Origin: Wickerhamiella versatilis
Lineage: Eukaryota
Length of the DNA: 64,000 nucleotides
Direction of reading: 5' to 3'
NCBI GenBank assembly: GCA_030867685.1
Contig: JAQOWU010000007.1
Span: 1,922,001-1,986,000 of the forward strand
Every line of letters begins with the position of its first letter. Positions within the stretch are counted from its first letter, which is position 1. Below, in pieces: positions 35,142-46,482 of the stretch. The translations under genes and the position numbers were made by a program. The notes under the pieces were generated by a model. It ran no database searches. It was not told the origin of the DNA and saw nothing but the letters and a program-made list of their open reading frames with translations.

Positions 35142-35365
35142 CAATCTGTAAATCATTATCAAGACCAATTTTATATTGTGGCAATCAATATCTTTGAGAC
35201 AATATCAAACACTGTGTATATCCGATCAGTCCCTCTCCTCACAGAGAACGGCTCAAGCACCGCATAATCGATTAGACGTCATCTCCAGATTTACCAATTT
35301 AGGGAAAGTATGTGGCCTGGGTTAGGGTGACAACTTAATTCAGTGCTGCGCGCGAAAGTATTTGC

Positions 35366-36178
35366 ATGGATGATATTACGTCTCTACCGACGCCATTATC
35401 GAGCCCGGGTAGCCTGACCTTAAGCTCAACAGCTGGATCGACGGTATCCTCAGCCCGTGTTGCAGGCAGGCTAAAACGATGGGGAGCGAGGCTCCGGCTC
35501 TGGCGCAGTGATGAAGTTCGAGTCAAAGATGTGCATACACAAATGCTGAAGGCTTTCATTGCCTATGAAAGGTATCAAAAACATGCTGCTGATGCTTTAA
35601 AAAAGCTCCACCTATGGTCCCAGAGTCTTCAAGACCGGCAACTCTCAGATCTTGTGCAGCGTGTGAGGGACGAAATGGTACCTTTGTACGGCGATTGTGA
35701 TCTACGAAACGCCAATGCTGTGTTTCAGAATGTTCTAAACGATTTCCAGCAGTTGAAGGATGCGGAGGACAACAGGGATGATACTTTCCAGGAGTGGGCG
35801 CATGGTGAAAAGCACCTCTACAAAGCTATGTACCAGGGAGAGCAGGGCGTCCATTTGGACCAGCGGGAACGGAGCCTGGCTATGCTTCGGGTACATGCTG
35901 AAGCCGCCGAGACTACTTTCAATGCGGTTAGCAACAAAGTGATATACATGAGCCTGAATAGACTGCTTCAATTCATGCGTCAGTCTGGGGAACAGGTTAC
36001 ACTCAAGGCTTCAGCAGCTGCTCGAAACCTCGAAGCCTTTACCGTACGCCATAGTCCGGGTTTCGACCAGTCAAGTCCGCAACCTCCCCGAGAACCAGAC
36101 AACCCGGCTCAAGAAGAGCAAAGTACTGATGGGATAGAAGATGATGCATTCAGAATGCCTTGGACACCTTCAACATAG
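35366..36178 (+). CDS. Divergent Pil1/Lsp1/Meu14-like BAR-domain protein
   Basis: AADALKKLHLWS..DRQLSDL, LKDAED, LDQRERSL..AEAAETTFNAV and SGEQVTLKA align by eye with Pil1 helices. Confidence 0.6.
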   Translation: MDDITSLPTPLSSPGSLTLSSTAGSTVSSARVAGRLKRWGARLRLWRSDEVRVKDVHTQMLKAFIAYERYQKHAADALKKLHLWSQSLQDRQLSDLVQRVRDEMVPLYGDCDLRNANAVFQNVLNDFQQLKDAEDNRDDTFQEWAHGEKHLYKAMYQGEQGVHLDQRERSLAMLRVHAEAAETTFNAVSNKVIYMSLNRLLQFMRQSGEQVTLKASAAARNLEAFTVRHSPGFDQSSPQPPREPDNPAQEEQSTDGIEDDAFRMPWTPST

Positions 36179-36866
36179 GTAGCCTAGTTAGATTACAATT
36201 TAAAACTGTGTGATTAATCTCTATATATGCTTCAAGAAACCCTATGACCGATGTTGACTCCTAGAACGACCTACCATTATACTGGAGTATTAAATTCTGG
36301 GAGCAGAAAGTCTGATGCATTATATGCTATATTAGCCTTCTAGATGCCCTAGTGCATGCTGTGTACTGTTTCACCATTACTCTATTATAGCCAGTTGAGG
36401 CTAACCAGTAAACAGGGGTTTTCTTCTTAATAAAAATATGGTTTGAAATATGAAAAATAGAAACATGTCTCAATTATCTACACAATCTTCATGTTCATGA
36501 ATTGCACCCTAACTGTCGAGGCTTATCACAAACAAGACATTAAGTACTGAAGTTACCTTGATTTGTGCAGCCAGCATAAAAACGATATATATATAAAAAC
36601 TAGCCAATATTGATCGAACTAGCGGTATGAATATTGTGTTAAACAAACTATGTGTGCTTTCAGCCTACACATCCAAGGTTCGATACTCTTGCAAGTCAGC
36701 AGTGTCTATTTTTGAGTATAATGTAGACCAATAATCCGTAGACCCTTTTTTATCAAACAAATAACATTGTCGACGTAATAGGATGCAAGTCACCTCTCCC
36801 TTTTTATACCATAATCTTTAGTGAAAGGGTCTTCCAGCAGTAAGCTCTGTCAGCTAGGGTAGTAGC

Positions 36867-38126
36867 ATGAAGGTGCAGAACGGAGTCCTCAAAGAGGTAC
36901 TAGCGGTCAGCCTTCTACCTTTACAGTTTGGCTGGCACATGTCAGAGCTCAATGCGCTTATTCCCGTCATAGGGTGTCGGGGTGTTGAGTCACCTAGTTA
37001 TCGATGTATCCCAGGTTTTGGATCAGGCGCGTTACCAGTGAGTATCTACGCCATAGGAGGCGTTATAGGATCTGCTATTGCTGGTCCACTTGCTGATTCC
37101 CAAGGAAGGAAACCAACTTTTATCGTGATCGCGCTTTTATTTCTTCTATGTTCGCCTATAATTGCGTTGGCTTCATCAGTTTCATTGATGTCATTGGGTC
37201 GCGTTGGTGCTGGGATCGCTGCAGGTGGATCAATCGTCATCGCACCAATGGTCGTGCATGAAGTTTCATCGCCTGCTCTAGCCAGTACACTTAGTTCGAG
37301 TGTACAAATCAGCATCAATGTTGGAATACTTTTGACCCAATCTGTTGGCGCTATACTAGGGACGCACAAATTATGGCCCTGGGCTTTACACTGCGGTACT
37401 CTGATTGCAGTTATTGCGGTAATAGTTCAATCTAAATATACTGTCGAGTCCCCGGCTTGGTTACGTCGTCACGGTAAACCTTCGGAGAGCGAAGAACGCT
37501 GGCTTGAGATAGAGCCCCATATAGATGAGCCAGAGCCGCATCAAAGTATCTTGAGCTTTGTTAAAAATCATGTTAAAGTTGCACTTGGTGTGATTGCTAT
37601 TATGGTACTCCAACAGTTGACTGGTATTAATTCCATCATCCTTTATGGCGTTCCTATCCTTCAGAAAACTATGGGTGGTTCTGCTGCGGGAATAAACATT
37701 GTATTAAGTGCTATAAACCTCTTGGTAACGGGGGGCTCAGCTGCCTTAATCGGCCGTTGGGGCTCGCGGCATCTGCTTCTCTACAGTCTATTGGGAATGG
37801 GGACTAGTATTGCGTGTCTTGCTTTTAGCCTCATCAGGGACCTCTCTACGCTAGCTTTCTTCTCTGCCGTTCTAACCATTGTAGCATTTGCCATTGGTGT
37901 AGGCCCGATCCCGTTTGGCTTGGTGGGTGCGGTAGCCCCTTCTGATGCATTGGGAGCAGCACAAAGTGTGGCAACTGTGGCCAATTGGCTTGCTACATTT
38001 GCTATTGGTGCTTTCTTCCCCTCTATCCATACCTGGCTAGGGGATAGCGTCTTTTATATATTCAGTTGCTGCTGCTTCGCTGGCGCCGTAGCCATATGGA
38101 AACTACTTCCGCAGTCTATAGCGTAG
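36867..38126 (+). CDS. MFS sugar-porter family transporter (YBR241C/Vps73-like)
   Basis: QFGWHMSELN, ADSQGRK, ESPAWL, LQQLTGINSI, GVGPIPF and ANWLATF; multiple TM helices. Confidence 0.9.
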   Translation: MKVQNGVLKEVLAVSLLPLQFGWHMSELNALIPVIGCRGVESPSYRCIPGFGSGALPVSIYAIGGVIGSAIAGPLADSQGRKPTFIVIALLFLLCSPIIALASSVSLMSLGRVGAGIAAGGSIVIAPMVVHEVSSPALASTLSSSVQISINVGILLTQSVGAILGTHKLWPWALHCGTLIAVIAVIVQSKYTVESPAWLRRHGKPSESEERWLEIEPHIDEPEPHQSILSFVKNHVKVALGVIAIMVLQQLTGINSIILYGVPILQKTMGGSAAGINIVLSAINLLVTGGSAALIGRWGSRHLLLYSLLGMGTSIACLAFSLIRDLSTLAFFSAVLTIVAFAIGVGPIPFGLVGAVAPSDALGAAQSVATVANWLATFAIGAFFPSIHTWLGDSVFYIFSCCCFAGAVAIWKLLPQSIA

Positions 38127-38282
38127 CTCTCTTTTCTAGTTTATTCTTTTTACATGCATGCATCGTAGGAAGTCCAAGTATTAGTTTACGTGACGAGCCA
38201 CTGTTCGAGCGGATTGTATTCAACTGCGCAAAATCCATCAAACATTAAAAACGTGAAATTCTCGCACTTTTAATGATGATCA

Positions 38283-39224
38283 TTATATTTTTAGAAAGTT
38301 CTTTCCCATTTCATAAGATGTGATCATTATTCCGCAAGCGGGTGCCACTTTCAGAGTGCGAGGAACTAAGCCAACAAATAGAGCCCTCCAGCCCTCTTTA
38401 TGTGCGATTTGAGTAAGAAAAGGCAGCATTGGCAAGCGCCGGGACATGCACTCGCTGCCTCCCAACTGTCTACGGGTCTTACCAACATCGAAAGGTGTGG
38501 TAAGTGCTGCTGCTGCCATACCACTTATGCATCCCGCAATGAAAGACTCTCGAAATATATCTGATTTCGTTTGTGCTGGAGGAAACAGGGACCTAACTCC
38601 TTCAACCATCAGCCAGTATACCGATGAAAAGGGGACATCACGCCAAAGGGTCAGACCAAGTCCAGACCACAGGCTCTGAAATCCTTCAACCTTTACCATT
38701 GTGCTACATGACTTCAAGACGACTCGCCAGGCCTCCGACCCCGCTGCAGGTACTCCTTGAAGTCGAGTTTTAATGAGTTCTAAGGGCGATACCACGCCAG
38801 AAGCCACTGTACGAGCGAGTCCACCACAAAGCAACGGATTCAATCCTCCAAAAATGTCACGTAACGTCTGGTGGTCCCGGAGATTTTCATAGGCTAAAAA
38901 ATAAATCACATTGGATGGAACCGCTTGAACAAGCTGCAGTGGCAACCCGCGCCATAATGCAGTGAAACCTTCTGTCCTTATGATCGTACGCATCATATTC
39001 CAATTAGAGAATGACTTCTTGCATTGCTCTGTGCCTGTTGCCGAATTTGCACATTGTCCGCCCTCACAGCACGAATACCAGAACTCACGTGCCGAATGTT
39101 CCATAGCACTTCCTTGTTGCATACGCACCCGAATTACATCCAACGGGTTTACGACGACACAGGTAACCAGGGACCCGCCTAATGCTGCCACCGTCCGTGC
39201 CCCCAGTGAAATATCATCTGGCAT
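38283..39224 (-). CDS. MTM1: Mitochondrial carrier, Mtm1/SLC25A39-40 type
   Basis: Three PxD/ExxK/R repeats, Cys-rich first loop, TLWRDVPFS and KVAPACGIMITSYE. Confidence 0.9.
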   Translation of the reverse strand: MPDDISLGARTVAALGGSLVTCVVVNPLDVIRVRMQQGSAMEHSAREFWYSCCEGGQCANSATGTEQCKKSFSNWNMMRTIIRTEGFTALWRGLPLQLVQAVPSNVIYFLAYENLRDHQTLRDIFGGLNPLLCGGLARTVASGVVSPLELIKTRLQGVPAAGSEAWRVVLKSCSTMVKVEGFQSLWSGLGLTLWRDVPFSSVYWLMVEGVRSLFPPAQTKSDIFRESFIAGCISGMAAAALTTPFDVGKTRRQLGGSECMSRRLPMLPFLTQIAHKEGWRALFVGLVPRTLKVAPACGIMITSYEMGKNFLKI

Positions 39225-39287
39225 GGGTAAGGGTGGAATGCCGAGTTCCTCGATTTCAAACTAATTTCCAACAAAAAGCTATCTTAA

Positions 39288-40040
39288 TTAGATTTTTTTT
39301 TCAGTCAATACTTGTCTCTGTGCCTGCTCTAGCTCTGAGGTCAAATGCCTAGACATGAACATGGCGTCTAACCGCTTTATTTGCGCCTCCGTAATAACTT
39401 GCTGCTTGTCGCTATAGGTAGCGTCCAACGCACATAAATGCGACGGTGTTAGATGTTTATCATCAATAAGAGATAACAAATGCCGGGCCCCGAGCCATGC
39501 CTTCCAATTGCACCATAATCGGAAAACTACGTAAAACCCTGGGATGTTTGGTATCACGGGAATCAACGCACAAGGAAGCGTAAGCGGTAACCCGATCGCA
39601 CACAATAGCATCTGTTTCTTATGTACTCTGATACCTGTGGTAGCAAGAGTTCTCAATTCATTTTCAACCTGATGCCAATTCTGAAAATATGCTTTTGGGT
39701 AAACTACAGGTATGGGAGCAAGATCTACATCTTTCTCCTCTGCTGCAGCTGGTGGAATATGATGCTTAGAGACGGCGTGCTCCCTCATCCATGTGTTAAA
39801 AGGAGGGACGGTTTTCAGTGCCCTCTCCTCAAAAGGGATTGTATCGAGGCCTCTATTTACCAATTTCACAATTAACTGTTTCCATCTTGCGTCAGAAGCC
39901 TGAAATTTGGACCACGTTTTCGCGGCTTGAGCAGCAATCCTGTCATCAATGCGGGGTTTTGCACGAACCAGCGGAGCACTAAGTCTCTGACAATGCAGAA
40001 CAAATCTATGAGAACCAACGGGAAGAACCAAAATCCGCAT
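39288..40040 (-). CDS. Mitochondrial K+/H+ exchange-related protein (YDL183C-like)
   Basis: IPFEERALKTVP and LPLTLPCALIPVIPNIPGFYVVFR..NWKAWLGARHL. Confidence 0.82.
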   Translation of the reverse strand: MRILVLPVGSHRFVLHCQRLSAPLVRAKPRIDDRIAAQAAKTWSKFQASDARWKQLIVKLVNRGLDTIPFEERALKTVPPFNTWMREHAVSKHHIPPAAAEEKDVDLAPIPVVYPKAYFQNWHQVENELRTLATTGIRVHKKQMLLCAIGLPLTLPCALIPVIPNIPGFYVVFRLWCNWKAWLGARHLLSLIDDKHLTPSHLCALDATYSDKQQVITEAQIKRLDAMFMSRHLTSELEQAQRQVLTEKKI

Positions 40041-40187
40041 CAGCAAGCGAGCTTTCGGAACACACTCTCAATTGTTATGTCCTGCCGAAACAAGTATTGC
40101 TTGTGTAAGCGATGTGTAAATTTAGACCAGTAAAAAATAATGGATAATTTCAAGCAAATAAGCTCGTTAATATTGATAAAAAACATT

Positions 40188-41150
40188 TTAATCACGAAAT
40201 GGAACCAATACATCATTCAGGATATACTTATTTTGCTTCATTGCCATATTCACCAGGCTGGCGAGTAGCTCATGTCGCGGGGCTCGCCGGTCAAGCTGGC
40301 GGGCCTTTCGAGCCACAAAACCATTAATATATTGAACCTCGGTTGGGCGGCCATGATTTACATCGGCTCGCATTGATGATGTATTACTAGCTGTTCTCGC
40401 ACAGACATCTAGCACAACATCCAGCATCCTCCCAGGATCTAGCACAGCTCTCGTAACAGCATCGGACCCCAATGCATAGCATGCTTCGTTTACAAGAGTG
40501 CGTATGATACCCACATCCAATTTCAGGAGTGCACCATTAGGGCAATCTATTAATGCTGTCAACGGATTTATCACAGCATTGATAACAACCTTTTCGAGCT
40601 GACGACATTGAAATTCTTGAAAGTTTAGCTGAACACCTGCAGCAAAACTCTGGCTATCCACCATTGCGTTCATGGCTGAATTGCTAGTATCAACGTTTCC
40701 AGGGGCGCCCATAAAAAACGGACCCAGGCCCACTGCCTCAAAATGAAAGGGTTTCTCACGGTTTTTAACCCCAGAGGAAGTTACTCCAAATGCAAGAGAC
40801 GGTCGCTTGTCTGAATCTGGCCAGAGCTCAAGTAGCTCGTCATAAACGCCCATGCCATTATGAATGCAAAGGATGCTTGTAGTAGGCGAAATTCGATCCT
40901 TAATAGATTCTAGTGCCTTGCGAATGTTATAGCATTTCAAAGCAACGATGAGACTGGAAATGGGGCCACCAGTGTCTTGTTCAACTTGAACTTCGTGCTC
41001 AATACCAGAAGCAGTTAAAGAAATGCTTTGGTTAGCAAGCTTAAAGGCACGTGCAGCCGAAGGCTTGAGAATTAGCGAAATACTATACTTTGGTGCAAGC
41101 TTGGAAGCTATAAGAGCACCGATGTTTCCAGCCCCTAACACATGGATCAT
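40188..41150 (-). CDS. PAN5: 2-dehydropantoate 2-reductase
   Basis: HVLGAGNIG, HNGMG, EKVVINAVINPLT, NTSSMRAD and TEVQYING. Confidence 0.88.
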   Translation of the reverse strand: MIHVLGAGNIGALIASKLAPKYSISLILKPSAARAFKLANQSISLTASGIEHEVQVEQDTGGPISSLIVALKCYNIRKALESIKDRISPTTSILCIHNGMGVYDELLELWPDSDKRPSLAFGVTSSGVKNREKPFHFEAVGLGPFFMGAPGNVDTSNSAMNAMVDSQSFAAGVQLNFQEFQCRQLEKVVINAVINPLTALIDCPNGALLKLDVGIIRTLVNEACYALGSDAVTRAVLDPGRMLDVVLDVCARTASNTSSMRADVNHGRPTEVQYINGFVARKARQLDRRAPRHELLASLVNMAMKQNKYILNDVLVPFRD

Positions 41151-41651
41151 GTCATCAACCAGAGCGAATCGACAATAATAAAAATATCTGCCATAACGAG
41201 TTTATGTTTGCATAATTTCTTGAAATAAGATAAGCCTATTCAACTTCATGTTCACTAAATAATCTTGGATTTCGGCATTGTGCTTCTCGTAAGAATCCCT
41301 TGTCACATAGCTGAAGCTCCACCGTGTCACGCTATTTAGATGATGATGATATGCAGATATTCCAGGGTCTAAGTCCTTTTACCAGCCATTAATTAAAATA
41401 AAAACTATTTTTTTGTGCACGAGAGGAGCTAACCCACAGGTTAATAAAGTTTGCGTATTTCATGTAGGGTTGTAGTCCTTTAGGGTAAGGTTCTAGTTCA
41501 CAAACACCAACACCACTGTGGTCAGTCCCTACTCGGCCACCATAAACTTCTAGAGTTACATCTCTGTTCTTCTATTGAGGATAGACTTGTGATAGATCTT
41601 GAACCACCGGCATTACGTTGTCTTCGCTGCTTACATATTAGTGCCTTCCGT

Positions 41652-43424
41652 ATGGAGTCTGAAAATACTGAGGCGACACCTGCGCTGGCCATGGATGATG
41701 CTGTTGGATCGGCACATCATTCTGACGGTGAGAACCAAGATAAGCAGCAACGACTCCAGGAAATCAAAAGAGTTCAAGCTGCACTGGCTCGGCGGTATTC
41801 AGATATTGCCGTTGGCTTTGCAGAGCAACTGGAGCGCCGAGTTAGCCATGTTCTCGAAGATTTGAGTACGAGGGCCGATATTGGGCCTCCTCCGACCCAA
41901 AAGATTGAGAAGCTCAAGCAATATCAGATGGCATCAATTAATCGAGTCACAAAATCCAAAGTGGGCATAATATGGCGGGATTTTTTCAAACAGAAGCAGG
42001 ACTTAAGGAGTAAACTTAATATGCGTTTATCGGAACAGATCTGTGCTTTGCGAAGAGAGTTTGAAGAAGGGCCCGGCAAGCAGACCGATTTGCCTGTGAT
42101 GGACTGGATTTCTACAAACCTTGACGTCGCGAGAGATCCCCAGATGGCTTCTGTTGTACCTCAGGAGCTTCTTCGTGACCTTGCAGCGATTCGAAAAGGA
42201 CCTTCTCCCCCAGCATCGCCACCTAGTAGGTCACCGGTAATACTACCCGTCGAAGACGACGACAGTCTCCTGCAACTCATTGATGCAGCAGAGAAAATCC
42301 GCCAAGAAGATATGAAAGCTTTGACAGCAACAGTAAATGAGGAGCTAAAAAGTCTAGCTAATGGCACTGTACAACAATCTGTGCTAACTGAAAGCGATGA
42401 GAAGCAATATCCTCAAACACATCCGAAAATCGCTTCAGTCCAGAATCATTATCCCACGGTCACAACGCCCGGTACAAGGGAGGATCTTTCTGATGAAGAA
42501 CGCCGACAAGCCATTGCCAAAGGGGAGGAACGAATGCGACAGTGGCCAATGCGTCAACGCTACAGTCATCGCTTTTTCCAGGAAAATGCTGCCGAGCAAC
42601 ATCAGTATCTACGTCCAGATTCCCGGGAGGCAAGGCCTCAAACAGCGCCTCAATCTGAACTCCCTCGGCAAGAGTTACCTTTGCAGAGTCCACCACAGTC
42701 TCAGCCCCAAGTATCACCTCGTCCTCCAGTACCACCGCAGATGAGCAGTAAGACACTACCCAGTTTGCAGCAGCCAGTGCATCTGCCCCAAGGACAGCCG
42801 CTACAACGCTCTCCTCAACCGCAGCAATCGCAACCTTACCAGATGTACTATCAGCACCCAATGATGCCATATGGATATGACATGATGGTTTATGGACAGC
42901 CATTTGTGATGCCACAATATCCTTTCCAGGTTTACCCACAGCAACTACAGCAAATATCACCACAACAGTTGCAGCAATTGCAGCAGCAGGGTTTAGTGCA
43001 AATGCAAATGATTCCCCCGTTAGCGATGCCTCAGGAGCAGCAGCATAAGCAACAGCAGCAGCAGCAACAGCAACCTCAGCAACCTCAGCAACCACAACAG
43101 CTACAACAACATCAACAACAACAACCACAACAACCACAACCATCACAACCACCACAACCACAGCAGCAGCAACATCAACATCAACAACAGCAAAACCAAC
43201 ATCAGCACCAGTATCAGCACCGACAAAAAGAGTATCCACAGGAGAATCAAAGCCAGCAAAATCAGCAGCATAATTATCAGCAATCTTCTACATCGCAGGA
43301 TGCGCCATTGCGCCAAACAGCAACACCAGAGCAGCCTGGTCCTAGTCAAGGTCCACAACCTGGTGGGGATGGTTCAAAACAGTCTGCTCAATATGTATGG
43401 AGACTAGATGGCTACTACAGATAA
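41652..43424 (+). CDS. Sds3/Dep1-like Rpd3L subunit with a long Gln/Pro-rich tail
   Basis: YQMASINRVTKSKVGIIWRDFFKQKQDLRSKL..LRRE resembles the Dep1 Sds3-like domain; low-complexity C-terminal half. Confidence 0.55.
   Translation: MESENTEATPALAMDDAVGSAHHSDGENQDKQQRLQEIKRVQAALARRYSDIAVGFAEQLERRVSHVLEDLSTRADIGPPPTQKIEKLKQYQMASINRVTKSKVGIIWRDFFKQKQDLRSKLNMRLSEQICALRREFEEGPGKQTDLPVMDWISTNLDVARDPQMASVVPQELLRDLAAIRKGPSPPASPPSRSPVILPVEDDDSLLQLIDAAEKIRQEDMKALTATVNEELKSLANGTVQQSVLTESDEKQYPQTHPKIASVQNHYPTVTTPGTREDLSDEERRQAIAKGEERMRQWPMRQRYSHRFFQENAAEQHQYLRPDSREARPQTAPQSELPRQELPLQSPPQSQPQVSPRPPVPPQMSSKTLPSLQQPVHLPQGQPLQRSPQPQQSQPYQMYYQHPMMPYGYDMMVYGQPFVMPQYPFQVYPQQLQQISPQQLQQLQQQGLVQMQMIPPLAMPQEQQHKQQQQQQQQPQQPQQPQQLQQHQQQQPQQPQPSQPPQPQQQQHQHQQQQNQHQHQYQHRQKEYPQENQSQQNQQHNYQQSSTSQDAPLRQTATPEQPGPSQGPQPGGDGSKQSAQYVWRLDGYYR
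43039..43220 (+). repeat. Imperfect CAA/CAG/CCA/CAT coding repeat (Gln/Pro/His tract)
   Basis: Read directly from the sequence. Confidence 0.85.
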
Positions 43425-43763
43425 CAGAATTCCAGCGCAGCTCATGGCCTAATCTGAATATGGTCTACAGGTAAGGGTATTTATCACACTACTGTTTTTA
43501 ATCTATTGCTTTACCGAGACTTTGCTATGCCTTTTTTTGTCTGAATATCTATGCATATGATTGTTGAGTTCGAGTTCTTATAGACTCGTGCTGTAAATTT
43601 CAAGGATCAGTAGGCTGGTTATTTTTGTTGTATTTCTGTGCGTTATTGTTTTGACTAGTGTAAATTAAATTTTAGACAGACACGGGAGGCGATAGCATTA
43701 TAGCGATAAGCGGCTAAAATCACTAACTTGTCAGCCATGTGCAATTGCTGACTTAGACTCTTG

Positions 43764-44912
43764 ATGAGCGACGAAGCAGTAGCTCAATTTTGCTCCATTG
43801 CATCATGTGATCCAGATGTTGCGCTTCAATACCTTCAGGCTAATGATGGAAACCTTGAAGCTGCTCTGGAGCTTTATTTTGCCACAGGAGGTGTGACAGC
43901 AGCAGGTCAGACAGCAGCGCCACCAACTGACGATGGTGTCCGTGAGAGGATAGAAGGTACGACTGACCAAATTATTGACGAGGAGTCGCAAATGTACAGT
44001 GAAATGGTACGAGAGAGCCGTCGCCAAGCGCATGCACGACGTCCGCGGACAGTCTTCAACCAACATCGAGACACGGACCCTAGTGAAATGAGTGCCCACG
44101 AACGAAGGCTTGCAAGATTGTTTAGGCCACCTTTTGATATCATAGAGGACGTCGATCTTGAAGAAGCTCGGGAGGAAGCAAGTGCTGATAAGGAAAAACG
44201 GGGAATAATGGTCAACATTCAAGAGCCGTCAGAATTTGCCTGTCAGCGTTTGAATCGCGATCTTTGGAGCGACGAGAACGTCAAAAAGATTGTAGCTAAG
44301 AATTTTCTTTTTGTTCAGTACGATGTAGATGCTCCTGAAGGTGAGGACTATAAAACATTGTATCCATTCACCGAGTATCCACATATCGCCATTTTGGATA
44401 AATGGACTGGAGAGCAAATGCGAGTTTGGGACGGAATAGTCCCAGACCCAGAAGGATTTATCAGTGATATTTTGGAATGGCTTGAGCATGCGCCGGCTGA
44501 TCCTGGTGCGGACTCGCCTATTGCAGACCCACATGTGGAATCCGCTGAAACACCAGAGACCGGTGGTGGTGATACTCTTCCACAACCTACTGAGGATGGC
44601 GGAAAATTGGGCTCTAGTTCTGAAAACTCAGACCCCATAGCCGCCATAGAGCCTGATGACACTCCAGAGCCACCGCCCGGGTCGGAGACCACCAGGATCC
44701 AGCTAAGGTTTGGAGATGGCAAACGGGAAGTTCGCAGGTTTTTGGTGTCTGACCCAGTCGATAAAGTTTATGCGCATGTTAAGTTTGCGAGGCCAGAGCT
44801 CATGCCCTCACCTAGTCTGACATCCGAAAGACGTGACCTTGCCAGCCTATTAGGATGCACTATTGGTGAAGCAAATCTTAAGAACTCAACTGTAATGGTC
44901 GAGAAAACTTAA
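43764..44912 (+). CDS. UBX5: UBA-UAS-UBX Cdc48 cofactor
   Basis: N-terminal UBA-like domain, LARLFRPPF, NIQEPSEFACQRLNRDLW (UAS) and TRIQLRFGDGKREVRRF (UBX). Confidence 0.88.
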   Translation: MSDEAVAQFCSIASCDPDVALQYLQANDGNLEAALELYFATGGVTAAGQTAAPPTDDGVRERIEGTTDQIIDEESQMYSEMVRESRRQAHARRPRTVFNQHRDTDPSEMSAHERRLARLFRPPFDIIEDVDLEEAREEASADKEKRGIMVNIQEPSEFACQRLNRDLWSDENVKKIVAKNFLFVQYDVDAPEGEDYKTLYPFTEYPHIAILDKWTGEQMRVWDGIVPDPEGFISDILEWLEHAPADPGADSPIADPHVESAETPETGGGDTLPQPTEDGGKLGSSSENSDPIAAIEPDDTPEPPPGSETTRIQLRFGDGKREVRRFLVSDPVDKVYAHVKFARPELMPSPSLTSERRDLASLLGCTIGEANLKNSTVMVEKT

Positions 44913-45162
44913 GTCTTCTTCAAGAGCTATCCATGCACTTGAGAAGAAAACGAAAAATGAAGACGCGCTTGGTCGATACGCTGAGCGATAAGTCACTTAC
45001 TACTACATTGGCATCTAGATAACACCCATAATTGTATCCCCCGCTGTTTTGCGTTATTTTTCCCCTTAAAAATGATAAATGGAAAGAATTACATCATGTC
45101 CGAAAATGAAAATAACAAAATATAGTTACTTTTAACCTACACTATGTGGTAAGATCTGCAAA

Positions 45163-46482
45163 TTAGAGGTTTGCGGACTTCGCAAACTTGGCGCCAGGGT
45201 AGACAGCCTTGCTACCAAGCTGTTCCTCGATACGAAGGATCTGGTTAAGCTTCGCAAGACGCTCAGTGCGCGCCGGCGCGCCAGTCTTGATCTGGGCAGA
45301 GCGCAAGCCAACAGCAAGGTCAGCAATGAAAGCGTCGGCGGTCTCACCAGAGCGGTGAGATACCATAACACCCCAGTTGTTCTTGTAGGAGAGGTTGGCA
45401 GCGTCAATAGACTCGGTCAAGGTACCGATCTGGTTGACCTTAAGAAGAAGAGCAGTGGCAGATTTGGTCTCAATGGCCTTGGTAACAAGACGAGTGTTAG
45501 TGACAGTCAAATCGTCACCAACAACCTGGATGCCACGCTCAACGGCCCATGGGACGAAGTGCTGCCAGGTTTCCCAGTCGTCCTCAGCGAAGGGGTCCTC
45601 GAGAGACACAATTGGGTACTTGGTAGCGAGCTCCTTGTAGTAGTCGGCGAGCTGAACACCGCTAAGGACCTTAGACTGGTCCTTCTGCTGGCTCTTGAAG
45701 TCAAGGTCGTACTTGCCCTCGCTGAAGAACTCAGAGGATGCAGAGTCCATAGCAAGGCCAACCTTGCCCTTGTAGCCAGCGGCCTCAATGGCCTCGACGA
45801 TCAAGTCGAGAGCCTCCTCGGCACTATCGATATTGGGGGCAATTCCACCCTCATCACCGACGTTGCCAGCACCAGGGCCGTACTTCTTGCCGGCGTTCTT
45901 CTTCAAGATGTGGTAGATCTCAGTGCCAGCACGGAGGGCCTCAGAGTAGGTATCGAAACCAGTGGGAACAATCATGAACTCCTGCATGGCAAGACGGCCA
46001 CCGGCGTGGGTGCCACCGTTAAGCACGTTCATGAATGGGACAGGCAACACAAATGGCTGCTTGGTCTCAGCGACCTTGGAAAGGTATTCGAAGAGAGGCT
46101 CGCCCTTCTCAGCAGCAGCAGCACGGGCAGCAGCCAGAGAAACACCGAGAATTGCGTTAGCACCGAGCTTTGACTTGTTGGGGGTGCCATCAAGCTTAAT
46201 GAGGAAGTCATCAAATGCACGCTGGTCAGTGACGTCAAGGTTGGCCTTGACAACAGCTGGGGCAATAACCTCATTCACGTTGGCGACAGCCTTGAGGACA
46301 CCCTTTCCACCCCACTTGTGAGGGTCTTTGTCACGGAGCTCCAAGGCCTCGTGGCTACCAGTTGATGCACCAGAGGGGACGCCTGCGCTGAAGGTGCCCT
46401 TGGAGGTGGTAAGTTCAACCTCTACAGTGGGGTTACCACGAGAGTCATAGATGTATCTTGCGTGAATCTTTTCGATCGCCAT
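45163..46482 (-). CDS. ENO1: Enolase
   Basis: [34 protein letters not shown] and SHRSGET; strong codon bias. Confidence 0.99.
   Translation of the reverse strand: MAIEKIHARYIYDSRGNPTVEVELTTSKGTFSAGVPSGASTGSHEALELRDKDPHKWGGKGVLKAVANVNEVIAPAVVKANLDVTDQRAFDDFLIKLDGTPNKSKLGANAILGVSLAAARAAAAEKGEPLFEYLSKVAETKQPFVLPVPFMNVLNGGTHAGGRLAMQEFMIVPTGFDTYSEALRAGTEIYHILKKNAGKKYGPGAGNVGDEGGIAPNIDSAEEALDLIVEAIEAAGYKGKVGLAMDSASSEFFSEGKYDLDFKSQQKDQSKVLSGVQLADYYKELATKYPIVSLEDPFAEDDWETWQHFVPWAVERGIQVVGDDLTVTNTRLVTKAIETKSATALLLKVNQIGTLTESIDAANLSYKNNWGVMVSHRSGETADAFIADLAVGLRSAQIKTGAPARTERLAKLNQILRIEEQLGSKAVYPGAKFAKSANL

Noticed and set aside
36615..36700. tRNA-like fragments (TAGCGGTATGA ... GGTTCGATAC)
   Set aside because: No consistent acceptor or anticodon stems could be folded.
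41289..41439. Possible 5'-UTR intron or snoRNA (GTAAGA, ATGATGA, GCTAACCCACAG)
   Set aside because: No D box (CTGA) or rRNA guide found, and the donor is weak.
42460..43358. Val/Ala- and Leu-rich antisense ORFs
   Set aside because: Reverse complements of polyQ/P tracts.
43460..43756. Possible upstream exon and intron for UBX5 (AG|GTAAGG ... GCTGACTTAG)
   Set aside because: The in-frame join could be chance; the donor coincides with the recurrent GGTAAGGG motif and MSDEAVAQF is already a normal UBA start.
45355..46173. 272-aa ORF antisense to enolase
   Set aside because: Typical shadow ORF produced by strong codon bias in a highly expressed gene; no independent motifs.
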